From the human T2T-CHM13v2.0 reference genome, Homo sapiens, in assembly GCF_009914755.1 (NCBI RefSeq), contig NC_060940.1: 64,000 nucleotides of DNA. One strand, given 5' to 3'. The notes under the pieces are model-generated. The model was not told the origin of the DNA, did not search any database, and was given only the letters and a program-made list of their open reading frames with translations. Of this stretch, positions 36,191 through 54,256 are shown one piece after another (the first letter of the stretch is position 1; each line of letters begins with the position of its first letter). The position numbers and the translations under genes were made by a program.

Positions 36191-36920
36191 CAGACGCCTC
36201 CTGCTCCGCATCGGCTCACACGCGGCCGGGCCCACGAGCCTCCTCCAACCGCCGCCCCGGGCCTCGGGGCTGCCGCTCCCCTCAGCGTCGGCTCTGCCCC
36301 CAGAAGCGAAGGCCGCCCTGCGCCCGGTCCCGGCCTTTCCCTGCCCTCTGGCCGGTCCTCCTCCCGCGGCCGTCCCGGGACCTGTGCCCAGACCCCTGGG
36401 GCCACGATCACGCCCCAGCCGCCCAAGTCACCGCCCCTCCCCTCCCTTCCAGCGTTCCCGCCCGGGCGGTGTATGGTGGCTCCGGTGTATGGTGGTTCTC
36501 GCACGCACAGCCGCAGGGGTTTCCTCTCCTAGACTCGAGGCGGTGGCGCACCTGCACCCTCTAAAACTCCCCCGTCGGCCCTCGCGGTCTAGCGGGAGGC
36601 GCGGAGGGCCGAGCTGGGGTGCGTGCGAGCGGGCGCCAGGAAAGCGCGGGGCCGCCCTAGGGGCTAGGCCTTTCTTTAAACAGTGGGAGGCCCACGAAGT
36701 GTCTGAAGCCCGAGGCTCCCCTTTTTGTTTTAGTTCGCTCTCTTCTGGTAAGAGAATAAGGGTCGGGCAAGAATGGAGAGGGGACAGAAAAGGAAGGCAG
36801 GGCAACTGAAGAGGCAGAGTCAACGCAGAAGGCGAAGGGAGCCTGGACCAGGGCAGGGCAGTGAGGACGAAGAGTGGAGAGGAGAGATCCAGGAGGTGGA
36901 GCGGTCAAGACTTACGTGGG
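36040..36920. promoter_or_regulatory. Orphan CpG island between ZNF263 and the TIGD7 3' end
   Basis: CpG/GC-rich ~0.9 kb block with GC boxes and no adjacent intact gene start. Confidence 0.8.
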
Positions 36921-38071
36921 CCGAGACCCGTCTAAAATCTCGTAGGATGTCCCCCAGGGACACTAGCCTTGACCTGTCTTTCCTGCTCTTCTCCGCCAGA
37001 GGCCCCCAAGGCAACGGTCCAGGGACCTTGCAGCTTGCCTGGGAGATACACGTGCCCACCGCAGAGACTGAGCCCCTGCTTCACAACTTTAAACCCAGCT
37101 CAAAAGTCACGCACTGTCCTCTCAGACACCTCCCCTGCTATCCAAGTCTCAAAGGCCCTCCCTATGCTCACTTTGGCTCCGGCCCTTACACATCCCATGG
37201 TGGTTTGTTCTCATTCATTTTCTTGGTTATTCAGAGCTGAATCTCCAACAACATGCTATTGTCTAGTACATGAAACAGTTAACAGGAAGTTTCCAGAATC
37301 AATGAGTACTTTTGAAAACTGGGGTGACTCTCGGTCACTCTAGGAATTTATTATCACTAAAAAGAATGATGATGTTTGATGCAAAGACCCAAACTAAAAG
37401 GAACTAGAGAGCTGCCCAGAGTCCTCATCTGCCATCCCCCTCCACTTCCACAATCCATCCTGTCCCAGGCTTGGAAGGTCTTTCAAAAGAGGCAAAACAT
37501 CAAGCAAAGAGTAATTACTACCTTCGCCCTCACCCAACCCCAGCTTGCAGTCATTATGGACTAATCTTAAAAAAAGAAAAAGTCAAGCTGCTTGATGTTA
37601 AAGGTCTCCCATCTTCCACCAGGCTGCAGACTGAATAAGGCAAGAAAGCACAAATCAAGCCTAAACTGAATGTAAAAAGGATGCCCAGTGGCAATGTTGA
37701 TATATTTTTTCTACAAGTTCTGGGTAATAAATAAGGCACAAAAAAGATAACTACTGAATTTACAAGGTGAAAATATCAGCAATCACTACTAATAAAAAAG
37801 GAACCCACTTACAGCAACAACAAACCTACCTAGGAACAATAAAAAAAATGAGAACTCCATTAAATGAAAACTGCACTTACAATTTGAAAGGAGAGAAAAG
37901 TAATGTAAATTCTTTCCAATTTTACTTAAATTAGGAATAAATTCGCAGAGGGAGTTGGTGTCTGGAGGAGGCTTGAATAAATTTTATGCTGAAGTTGACT
38001 TAAGATAGTAAGAATAGCTTGTATATTTTCAAACATGGAAAGTGGGCATTTGCTTTTCATTAAAATTCACA

Positions 38072-38366
<295 letters not shown>

Positions 38367-38455
38367 TCATATTAGCCAGTAATGAAAATGGCAAGGTACT
38401 AGAGCAAGAGTGGACACCAGTAGTACTGTATTTAGTCACTAATTTTATACTATAA

Positions 38456-38813
<358 letters not shown>

Positions 38814-40014
38814 AGAAACAGATTCTTGAAGATAATATATGAGAAAGGAAACACTGAAAGCCAATAAGAGCTAATTATCCAAACAAAGCTTGTTATTTGC
38901 AAATATCAACTCACCTGACACCTTATATTAAATAGGGAACAACCATAAAGATACCATTCTTTTGGTTACAAAATTAGCAAAAACTAAGAGCTTAACAATA
39001 TTCAATGTTGGGATTGGTGCATTGGGAGAAGTACTTTCAAAATAATGGTGGGAATGTGAAAGCAATTTAACAGCGTGTATCGCAGCTTTTTCAAAAGTTC
39101 ATTCTATTTGACCTGGTAGTTCAACTGATACGTTACATCCCCTGGTGGAGTATTAAAAAACCATCAAATGTGAGGTTAAGAGATTTTAATGACCTAAGGG
39201 AAACTCTCAGAAATAGTGCCGTATGATGGTTAAAAGCCTGAGCTTTGGCATTAAACAGAATTTAAGTCTCACCTCTGCTGTTTACCAGTTTATGTGACCT
39301 TTGTCGAGTTACTTAATCTCTCTAAATCTGTTTCCTTATGTATTTGAAAAGGGAAGTCATTATTATGAAGACTAACATATATATACGATCCTATATACTC
39401 AATAAATGCTAACGTATTAGTAACAAACCATAAAATATGTTAAGACAGTAAGAGATAAGGTTTTATTTACAATGTAATCTGCCTATTTAAAAAATATATG
39501 GTATACACCGAAGTGTTGAGGTTATCATTAGTCAATAGAATTGAGTGCTTTTTATCTTTTTTTATATATTCCCTATAATCAGCATGTTACTTTCACAGTA
39601 AGAGGAAAACAAACACTAAATAGGTAGTAACAGAGTTAAGAAAGCAGAGTGTGTTTTACCATTAAATTGAAAACCTAATTTATCCTTATCTTAAAGCTAA
39701 CTAGAACTAGTCAGCACAGTTTCTTTGTTATACGATATGATTACAAACTAATGCTTTTCGCAAAGGCATTCCACCTTAGATAATCTGGGACAATACTTCA
39801 TTATTCAGATCCTTGTGTAAAATTTAAAAAAATGAATTTATGAAACACAAATTTAAATAAATTTAAAGAAACACAAATGTATTATTTTCAAACTGTAAAT
39901 TTTATAACCATTATATAAATGGGCACTGATATACAAAATAATGTCAGTTGCTAAAACAAGACAATTCACAGCTGGCCTACATCATATAATGGCAGAAATC
40001 TTTAAACACAAAAT

Positions 40015-41664
40015 CTAATGATTAGAACCAGAAGTTGAAGGCCCACTGAAGGAGTCCTTAATATTATGAGGCCTAGGTTTCAAAAAGCTACCAATTCTAG
40101 AATGGATTTTACTCTGGAACTGTTTCTTGACTATTTCTTGTTGCATCTCTTTCAGTGTGAAGTGGAATCTCTGAAACTCAGGTGTGGCATCAACAAAGTC
40201 AAGAAGGTAGTCCAAACTCTCTCTTACAGCAGATAATTTAAATTCAGCAGTCTGCTTCTCAGCTTCTCCTCCTTTTTGAACAACTTCCTTTGTTATTCCA
40301 CCTTTGGTTTTTAGGAGACAACCCTTTTCTTCATCTCCATTTAACCACACCCTATCATCATCCAACTTAGTTTCCAACTCCCCACATTTTTCAAGAATTT
40401 CTCTATAATCCCCATGTTCTAAGCCTTGAAAATCATATTCAGGTTCCTTTTTGTAAAGAAGATTTTCCCATGCATTTGCTATGGTTATTTGTTTTACTTC
40501 TTCCCAACTTTTTGCCCAGTTAAAAATTGCACTTTTTATATTGTAGATTTTAATTTTGGAAACTCCTTTATCTCCTTTCTCTTGCTCATCATCACTTTCT
40601 TCAAATATTACAAGACTCTCTTCAAGTTGCTTCCATCTATACAGCCGTTTGCAGCTCAAGATCACACCTTGATTCATTGGTTGAATCAAGGTTGAAGTGT
40701 TATGGGGGAAGAACATACATTTTATTCGACCATCCTCACTGGTTAGGGATTCAGAGGAAGGATGAGCCGGGCAACTGTCCAGAAGTAACAATGCCCTGAC
40801 GTCCTCGTCATGAAATCTTAGAACATTAAGTTGAAAATGTCGGACCTCAGGAACAAAGTTTTGAAAAAACCATTCTGAAAACAATTCTCTGGTGAACCAA
40901 ACATCTTTACTGGGTTTATATATCACAGGCAATGTACTTGTGTCCTCTTTCACACTTTTGGGCAGTTTTGATTTTCCAATAATGATTGACTTTAATTTAT
41001 GAGTTCCGTCTGCATTTGCACATAAAAAGGCAGACAACCTTTCTTTGTTTATTTTCTTCCCTGGTAGGCAGATATCTTTCCTACTTGCCTGAGAATTTTC
41101 TGGCATTGACTTCCAAAAGAGGTCTGTTTCATCCCCACTGTATAGCTGAGCTAGACACAGTTTCTCCTCTTTGATTATCATGGACAGTTTTTGTCGAAAT
41201 GGCTCAACATTTTCAGAAACTGAACTTAGGACTTGTTCCCCACATCCTTTTCGGTTCCCAATTGCATGCCGATTTCGAAATCTAAAAAGCCAACCAGTGC
41301 TAGCTTTGAAATCTGTTCGCCCAAAACACCGTGCAAATCTCTCTGCAGCAGCCTGAAGCTCCACGCCTCTTACCGGAACACCGGCTGAGCGTTTCTGTTG
41401 GTACCACATGTAGACCGCATCATCTACATCACCATATTTGGCTCCCGTTGTCCTCTTTCTCTTCTCAGCCCCTACTAATGGCATGTCCTGCTTCAGTACA
41501 AAGTCCAGAATTAACTTCTTATTTTTTTTAATGTCATAAAATGTTGACTTACTGATTCCAAATTCATCCATTACACTTTTAAGTGATCGTCCAGCTTCAA
41601 TTCTACTTAGAACCTTCATTTTCTCCTCCAAATTCAGTGTTGTATATTTCCCTCTCTTATTCAT
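40015..41664 (-). CDS. TIGD7: Tigger transposable element-derived protein 7 (domesticated pogo-like transposase; CENP-B-type HTH plus DDE_1-like domain), 549 aa
   Basis: Uninterrupted ORF from ATG 41664: MNKRGKYTTLNLEEKMKVL (HTH_psq-like), FKASTGWLFRFRNRH (CENP-B HTH), YSGDETDLFW, LLLLDSCPAH, TLIQPMNQGVI (pogo DDE motifs). No TIRs seen in the flanks. Confidence 0.96.
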   Translation of the reverse strand: MNKRGKYTTLNLEEKMKVLSRIEAGRSLKSVMDEFGISKSTFYDIKKNKKLILDFVLKQDMPLVGAEKRKRTTGAKYGDVDDAVYMWYQQKRSAGVPVRGVELQAAAERFARCFGRTDFKASTGWLFRFRNRHAIGNRKGCGEQVLSSVSENVEPFRQKLSMIIKEEKLCLAQLYSGDETDLFWKSMPENSQASRKDICLPGKKINKERLSAFLCANADGTHKLKSIIIGKSKLPKSVKEDTSTLPVIYKPSKDVWFTRELFSEWFFQNFVPEVRHFQLNVLRFHDEDVRALLLLDSCPAHPSSESLTSEDGRIKCMFFPHNTSTLIQPMNQGVILSCKRLYRWKQLEESLVIFEESDDEQEKGDKGVSKIKIYNIKSAIFNWAKSWEEVKQITIANAWENLLYKKEPEYDFQGLEHGDYREILEKCGELETKLDDDRVWLNGDEEKGCLLKTKGGITKEVVQKGGEAEKQTAEFKLSAVRESLDYLLDFVDATPEFQRFHFTLKEMQQEIVKKQFQSKIHSRIGSFLKPRPHNIKDSFSGPSTSGSNH

Positions 41665-43145
41665 ACTGAATTTAACTCTGAACCACCAACAGGAGAAAAC
41701 AAAGGGAAAAGCCTTAATGAATTGGCAAAAAAAAAACCCACATTTTTTAAACAAAACTTAGCTGAAAGCCCCAGAAGGCATGGGCATTGTATTGGAGGAT
41801 AATGGACTGAAGGGGCTAACCATGACTGAAGAGCTAGTCTAGAGGTGGAGGTCTTATGCACTCAGAAAGCTGCCAGTTGCAAAGTCCTGTCTGGCTCTTG
41901 CTCCTGCAAGCCATGAGTGATCATTTTTCAGAATGCCCCCTACCTCTCCTCTCTTTTGACAGATACAACAGCCTCAGTCAGGAATGACAGGAATACCTGC
42001 ATACTTTCCCTAACTCAATACCGGAAAACGGACAATATGAAGAGAGGAGGGATGGAGCAAGATGTGCCCACAAGACAGGTGTGATAAGTTTCCATAAAAA
42101 CTGATGCTTCAGAAGAAGGGAGCGTGAAAGACTCAAAGGCAATGACAGAGTAATCTTGTGTGTAGCAGAGATGCAATGTGGCTTCTCCCCTTCCAAAAAG
42201 ACCTGATTTTACCTCACTGCCAGAAAAGAGAATGGTGCTCAAATTGCTTTGTACATAGTGTTCACTGGGCAGCAGTTCATCTACCTGGATAAGGGCTCCG
42301 AGCTACAGGGACCCTGACATTGGGATGTATGGAGAGTTGGAATTCAGGAACAGTTGTACCGAATCTTGAAGTGAAGAAGAAAGTAGTTTGTTGTACATAT
42401 GAATGAAATCCAACTTTTATTGCATTCAATATAGTATTGTCAAGCACCGTGCTTTAACTTGAATGTCTCTTGTGTTTGCCAAGGTAATATGTAAGTATGT
42501 AAATAATTTATTTGTCAGTGGCACTTTACCATTCTCAGATCTTCTTTCTTGGGAACATCTGATTTATTCTCAAGTGCTATTTTTCACTGAAACTGTTCTC
42601 TATTTGAGATATTATCAAGTTTCAGAATCACAGCAATTCTCAGAGATGAGCCCAAAAGTTTTACAAATATTTCACCATAGTTAAAAATTTTTAAAGATCT
42701 GTCCTTTCATTTGTTTTCCTAAATTTACACTATAAGTAACATACTTTTTATATTTGAGATTTTGATTTCTCTTCAGTGTTTATTTTACTTAATTTGAACC
42801 AAGACTCAACTTTTCCACAGAAGAAATCTAAAAGGTTTCTCTGCTGCTGTTTCTGATCAATTGTTTCTCATAAATCCTACTGGCAAACTCTTCTGTCCCT
42901 CTAGGCCCTCAAATACTCTTTTCGGGTCCTCCTGGTGCTCCCCAAAGCCATTCCAGGTCCTTAGAAATGTCTTAGTCTAGATTAATTTCCTGGTTCTCAG
43001 TCCAGATACACAACCTCATGGGAAGAAACAAAAACTGCCACTTTTATCCATTCCAGGTGCTACGAAGAAAGAAAAGTATGTCAGAGAAATAAGGGAAATG
43101 GCTGGTATCTCAGTTATTCTTCCTCTTCTTTAGGGCAGAATCTGA

Positions 43146-45185
<2,040 letters not shown>

Positions 45186-45604
45186 AGGATTTACTTTCTT
45201 AAATGCACTCTTTTCATTCCCATTCAAAGGACTCCAGTATAAGTGCCACATAAACTCGTTTTCTAACTTTTAAAACTCTTCCTCTAAATGCAGCCCAACT
45301 CAGTAAAAACGTACCTAAGATCTCACAGTCTAATGTTTCCAGCTTTTAAAGCCTTTACTCCTACCCTTCCCTCTGCCTGGAAAGTGTCTCCATTCCCTGC
45401 TGTGGACAAAATCCCTCAAGGTCTTTTATAATTTCCCCCAACCCCAAATCAACTTGGATTTTCTTGGAGTTCTCACAGCATTCAGTTTATGTCCTATTCT
45501 TACCCTTGTGTTACTGATATTCACGAAATTGCTCAGTCCTTTCAAGAGATTGCTTAAGGACAAAGACTTCTTACTCAACTCTGCAATATTGGCTACACAT
45601 AGCT

Positions 45605-45750
45605 GACTTAATAAATAGTCCCTTGACTGGTATAAGCTGACGTTACAAAAACTGGTAATTCCGAAACCACTCATACTGGACTTATTAAATAATCCCTCAA
45701 CTGGTACAGACTGACATTACAAAAACGGATTAATTCAGAGATCACTGAAC
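45605..45750. repeat. ~74-bp diverged tandem duplication
   Basis: gactta..aaata.tccct..actggta....ctgac.ttacaaaaac occurs at 45605 and 45679. Confidence 0.8.
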
Positions 45751-46079
45751 ACCCAAAACACTCAGATTCTTATAACTATGATTCAGTAAATATGTGTGGA
45801 ATGCCTATCTTACCAGGTGACTATGTTAGGCGCTGCATGAGATATAAGATGAAAACAAGGTTCCCATTTTCCAGGGAAGAATACTGGAGTGGAAAACGCA
45901 GAGGATACCACAACAGGAGAGCTATTTCCGATTAGCGGCCGCCACTGCTGAGCTATGTGACCCTGAGCAAGTCACTTCTTAGGTCTCCGTTTCTCTGTCA
46001 AGGAGAGATAGAAAAAGAACCTATTTCACAGGTTCAAACCTACCTCAAGAAAAAATAGTTGTGGGGAATGCGTCACGAG

Positions 46080-47070
46080 ACCTAGAAAACGGTACAAAAC
46101 CCTCGGGGGGCCGCTGTTTCTGACCTAGCGAGTGGCCCGACCCGGACAAAATGCCTCTTCCTCGAGGAGGCGGCGACGAGCCCAGCAACAGCTCGAGCAC
46201 GGCCGGCCGGGCCGCGGGAAGCCCGAGAACGCGGCGCGCGCAGCTGGGAGGCGACCCTTACCCGGCGAGGCTCCCGGGACCAAACGCCGCCCGACAGCCA
46301 CGCAGAACAGACGTGGCAGTGCGACGCCTCCCCCACTGGGGACACGAGACAGCGACAGCCACGCGGTGAGCCGGTACAAGGCCCTCTAGGCTTCAGCGGG
46401 TCTGGATACTCGGTGGCATTAACCCTTCCCTACCGCCGGGGAAGACAGCAGTTTCTCTGGCGAGGAAGTAGGCCGGGCTCAGGCGCCTTAGCCAGAGGGC
46501 GGGCCTGCGCCACCCTCGGAAAGCGTCACTTCCACTTCCGGCCGGCGCTCTGGCTCTGTACCTGGACAGGGCTGCGGTAGGCCAGCGGTGGGCTGGCGGT
46601 TGCGCTCCTCAGATCGGCGGCCTTTCGGGCGGTGGCTTGCGTTTGAGCCTCAGAAAGCGAGGAGCGGCCTCCACGGAAGCCAAGCTGGCCGAGGTAACCG
46701 AGAAGCGGCTTCCCCTATGGCTTCGACCCTGGAGCCGCTGGAGCGGCGGCGGCCGCAGGGAGGCAGCCATTTTCCGTAGGCGGTGGCCGCGGCGCTTCCG
46801 GGCCGCGCGGCTGGAGCCTGAGGCGGGGCCACCGTCGGGCACGAGAAACCATTCTCTCCCCGCTTTTCGCAGCTGTATCCCAGAGGCGCGGCTGAAGCTC
46901 GCTGGGACACTGCCCGCTTGCCCAGTGCCCACGGGCACGCCTGTCGCAGACACAGGCTGTGGCGAATCCGAGTGCTGGCGGGCAGCAGTGCCTGCAGCTG
47001 CGCCCGCAGACTCTTTCCCGCCTCCGCCGGCATTTCCGTGTCCGGCCGATGTCATGCGGTCGGTTGAGCC
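46080..47070. promoter_or_regulatory. Bidirectional CpG-island promoter TIGD7(-)/ZNF75A(+)
   Basis: CpG island between head-to-head genes. Tandem ETS/GABPA CACTTCCACTTCCGG (~46527-46541), GC box, YY1-type GCAGCCATTTT (~46763). Minus-strand donor GTAAG at 46257-46261. Confidence 0.9.
46550..46693 (+). other. ZNF75A: Probable ZNF75A non-coding exon 1 (start approximate)
   Basis: Lies in the CpG island downstream of ETS motifs; donor GAG|gtaacc at 46693/46694. Confidence 0.6.
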
Positions 47071-47455
47071 TCAGGGCTAGCAGCTTCTACTGATGCAAAA
47101 ACATAGGAAGTGTCTCTTTGCTTCTGGAACCGGGGTGGGCAGCAAGGAGCTGGCCACTTCTTTGAATACCGGTGGCATCCTGGGCAGAATTTCGGTGCCG
47201 TTTCTGCTGGCTCACTTCAGGAAAAGTGAGGCTCACGGCTCTCCTCAGCCCCCCTTAGAAGTCTAAATGACCTTTGGAGAAATACAAAGTCAGCAGAAAG
47301 TTTCACTTTCATCGTCACCAACTCCTGTTGGAGTTGATATTTCATAAACATCAGCGACAGAAAGAAAATACGACTTGATATTTTGTAAATAAAATATCCT
47401 TTTTTACAAGTTGATATTTTGTAAACAGAGGTCAGCTGTAATTTTCTCCAGATCA

Positions 47456-47842
<387 letters not shown>

Positions 47843-47888
47843 TTACTTGGGAGACATTGTCTGAAAATAGGCTACTTTTTTACTTTCT

Positions 47889-48487
<599 letters not shown>

Positions 48488-48579
48488 TTTTGATCTCACC
48501 GTCTCAGCTCTTTTGCCAGTATTCCTACAATGGAAAATCTAAAATGTTGTTTTTTAAGGTGCCTTTATTTTTAGTTTTT

Positions 48580-48880
48580 AAATTAGAGACAAAGTCTTGC
48601 TCTAACTCCCAGGCTGGAGTGCAGTGATGAGGTCATGGCTCACTGCAACCTTGAATTCCTGGGCTCAGGCGACTCTCCCACCTCAGCCTCCTGAGCTAGA
48701 ACTACTGGTGTGCTCTACCATCCTGGCTATTTTTTTTTTTTTTCTTCAAATTTTGTGTTTTGTAGAGACGGGGTCTCGCTATGTTGCTCAGGCTGGTCTG
48801 AAACTCCTGGCTCAAGTGATCCTCCCACCTCGGTCTCCAAAAGTGCTGGGAATGCAGGCATGAGCCACTGCACCTGGCCT
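48580..48880 (-). mobile_element. AluJ-like
   Basis: Diverged Alu consensus. Confidence 0.85.
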
Positions 48881-49478
48881 AAAATATTTTTAAAGTGAAG
48901 GCTTCCATCTTCACAAGAGGATGAAGGGTCATAAAAGTTGTACTCCCCTTACTAGAGACAGACTGGGATGATCTGTTGAAATTTAAGAGAATCTCAGAAT
49001 GTTTTCCTAATCTTATTTTCTCCTATTCTTTTCTTATGGGGAAGATGGGATAGGAGGCACACCAGTTAAATCCTTGGAAAATCCCAAAATACCTTTCAGC
49101 CAGTGGGTGCCAATTTTCTTACCCACCAATCTTTCCTAAATTGTTTTCTTTTTTATAAAAAAGACAGTTGTCCACTGACATTTGTGTGTTTTGTGCTGTG
49201 CTTCAGCTGAATAATAGAAAAGGAGAAAAACAAAGGGCCTGCTAGTTGATTTTGAAGGGAAGACAGGACACCTTTTCTGTTCTTCTTTCTCTCATAAGTC
49301 GCAAGTGATGAGGTTCATGTGAGTTTCTTATTGATACATACTTTTCTTTTTCTTGTCCTCAGTGCTTTTAGGAAGAAGATCCTTTTATTGCTTTTGTACA
49401 AGACCAGACAGGATCTCATTTGTTAAACGTGGTACCAATTGGGTGTCTTAACACAGGAGCAGAACTTCCTAGAGCAGA

Positions 49479-49886
49479 ATGATGATGGTAGATCTGAAAG
49501 TGGCTGCGTACTTGGACCCTCAGATCAGGGCTTTGTGGGAGACCAAGGGGCCTGCAAGAGAGAGCTCCGGTCAGAGTAAAAAATCTCCTCAAATGGACTG
49601 TCTCGATCCTAAGAGCTCTTGCTGGCACTTCCGGAATTTCACCTATGATGAAGCAGGTGGACCCCGTGAGGCTGTCAGCAAACTTCAAGAATTATGTCAT
49701 CTATGGCTGAAGCCAGAGATCCACTCAAAAGAGCAGATACTGGAACTGCTGGTGCTGGAGCAGTTCCTGACTATTCTGCCCAGGGAGACACAGACCCAGA
49801 TGCAGAAGCACCATCCACAGAGCATTGAGGAGGCTGTGGCTCTGGTAGAACACTTGCAGAGGGAATCTGGTCAAACATGGAATGGG
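49479..49886 (+). CDS. ZNF75A: ZNF75A first coding exon (SCAN domain); exon acceptor at 49362/49363
   Basis: MMMVDLKV...[52 protein letters not shown]; donor GGG|gtgaga; 408 nt. Confidence 0.93.
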
Positions 49887-50224
49887 GTGAGAAGAAAGAT
49901 TCCTGACATGTACAGTGAAATAGGATGCAGGTGGATATAGTAGAGATGGTGGCAGTTAGTTGAGAAATTAGATGGATTAGGTAGGTCATTGTTTGGTTTT
50001 TTTTTTAAGGACAGTTAAGGTGGGACTTGAAACTACAGGCCCACAGAAAAGTTCACAGGTTTCAGAGATTGTGGTAGATACTTCCCTGGCCTTAGAGAAA
50101 GAGAGTTGCTTTTGCCCTCTTTGGAGCCAGGGTGAATTGAGGGTGTTGGGCCTAGTCTGGCTTGGCCAAGGAGACAGGACTTAAGTACTTAGAAACAGAA
50201 TAAAAGGTAATAAAGAGTCAGGGA

Positions 50225-52506
<2,282 letters not shown>

Positions 52507-52804
52507 TGAGTGGGCTGCCCAACCCTGCCAGTGGCCTGACCTAGACCGTATACAGAGGAGTAGAAGCTGCTGTGTTAAAGGGCTGGCAGGCACCACAGTT
52601 TGTTTCCTTTCACCCTAGTTTTCTCATATTTGTGTATAGTCATTTGTGGAGCATTGGTGGCCCAGTATCTCTTTAAGCCTTTTTTTGTCATTTTTTTTAG
52701 TGTCTTATACTACCCACAATGTGGGCTGTACACCTGTCGCTCTGCCTCCACCCCCACAAACCAAAAGTAAGTTCTGTGGTAACAAGGATGGGAATTATTT
52801 CTAG

Positions 52805-53000
52805 GTTGCAGTCCATGAGCTGGGAAAGGAGGCAGTGCTCTTGGGAGAAACAGCAGAGGCCTCAAGTTTCGGGCTGAAGCCAACAGAGTCCCAACCAGTG
52901 GGCGTATCCCAAGATGAAGAATTTTGGAATACATACGAGGGTCTGCAAGAACAGCTCAGCAGGAATACTCATAAAGAGACTGAGCCTGTGTATGAGAGGG
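52805..53000 (+). CDS. ZNF75A: ZNF75A coding exon 2
   Basis: Acceptor tttctag|GTT, donor G|gtaagg; 196 nt, [15 protein letters not shown]...PVYER. Confidence 0.9.
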
Positions 53001-53728
53001 GTAAGGAGCTTCATGATAATTTTCTTCTCCTGGGAGCTGTGATAATAGTTTATTCACCCAAAATGTCATGGGCATTTTTTGAATACCCTGCTCTGTGGAT
53101 TTGTAAAACCAGCCTTGATAGCAACTATGATGTCCTTCCAGGCAGCAGTAGAAATGCCAACTGTGGATGAAAGTGGGAGTAGGCCTAGAGAACAGAAATA
53201 TCTAAACCACAGAACTCTTGGTAATAACAGTGTGAACTCTGTTCCTTAGACTAGTGGAGAGGAAGGAAAGAAATGGAGTGGGAAGGCTTGGGGCCACTTC
53301 ATCCTTGTAAAATACAGAAGGAATTGAGATCAGATGGGCTGTTAGTGGCAGAATGTGAAAACAGTTGTGTACCAGGAAAAACATAATAAAAGACAAAAAA
53401 CTTCATCTCCTACCATACAGTGGAGTCCCTGAGTACTTCATTTTAAGATATCTTTAATTTTTGCCTAACTCAGAAAAATATGAGAGGAAAAAGGGATTTC
53501 CCTTTTATTTCTCTGATGAAAACTGAGGAAACATTTAGTTGGGGAACTAGTTCTAGGGGCTGGTGGATATTTGATTCTTATTTATGAAGAGACTGCTTCA
53601 GGCATCACACACACCACACGTGTAAAGGTGTCCCATCTGTACTTAAAAAGTCAGGATCAGTGTTTTAGAAATGAGCTCAGGATGTTTATAGATAAAAGAG
53701 ATTTCTTCTGGCTCTTTTCCCCCCACAG

Positions 53729-53820
53729 CTGTGCCTACTCAACAGATTCTAGCTTTTCCTGAGCAAACAAACACCAAAGACTGGACAGTGACACCTGAGC
53801 ACGTCTTGCCTGAGTCCCAG
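53729..53820 (+). CDS. ZNF75A: ZNF75A coding exon 3 (linker)
   Basis: Acceptor ccccacag|, donor CAG|gtgagc; 92 nt, AVPTQQILAFPEQTNTKDWTVTPEHVLPESQ. Confidence 0.9.
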
Positions 53821-54100
53821 GTGAGCTGTGCTTTCCAGCTGTTGAGGGCTACCTTTCTCTGCTATGTATGATTAATACTGTCCAGGAGGGGTTCAGAGGT
53901 GTGTTAGTCCCGGGTGTTCTCTGGGCAACTGGGTACCTCCCAGGCTGTGGGCTGACGCCTTTTCTCCTTTTTTTCTGCCTTCTCACTTAAAAAAATCATG
54001 TTCTGTTAATTCCTTTATCGCCTGGCCAATTCATAGCCAGGTGGCTAGGCTGCTTCTGTACAGTGGCAGGTTCTGAGCTGAAGTCCATTCTCTTCTTTAG

Positions 54101-54256
<156 letters not shown>

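Noticed and set aside
35807-36235. Reading ORF 35807-36235 as a pogo DDE fragment (LGLDSC, FFFP..NTT)
   Set aside because: Spacing does not fit the DDE motifs and there is no QPxD. The SCAN alignment explains more positions. It is also not accepted as a functional protein.
36110-37343. Overlapping ORFs (up to 220 aa) in the orphan CpG island
   Set aside because: Low-complexity GC-driven ORFs without domains.
41665-41754. 30-aa N-terminal extension of the TIGD7 ORF in the track
   Set aside because: It begins at TTG, not ATG; homology starts at MNKRGKY (ATG 41664).
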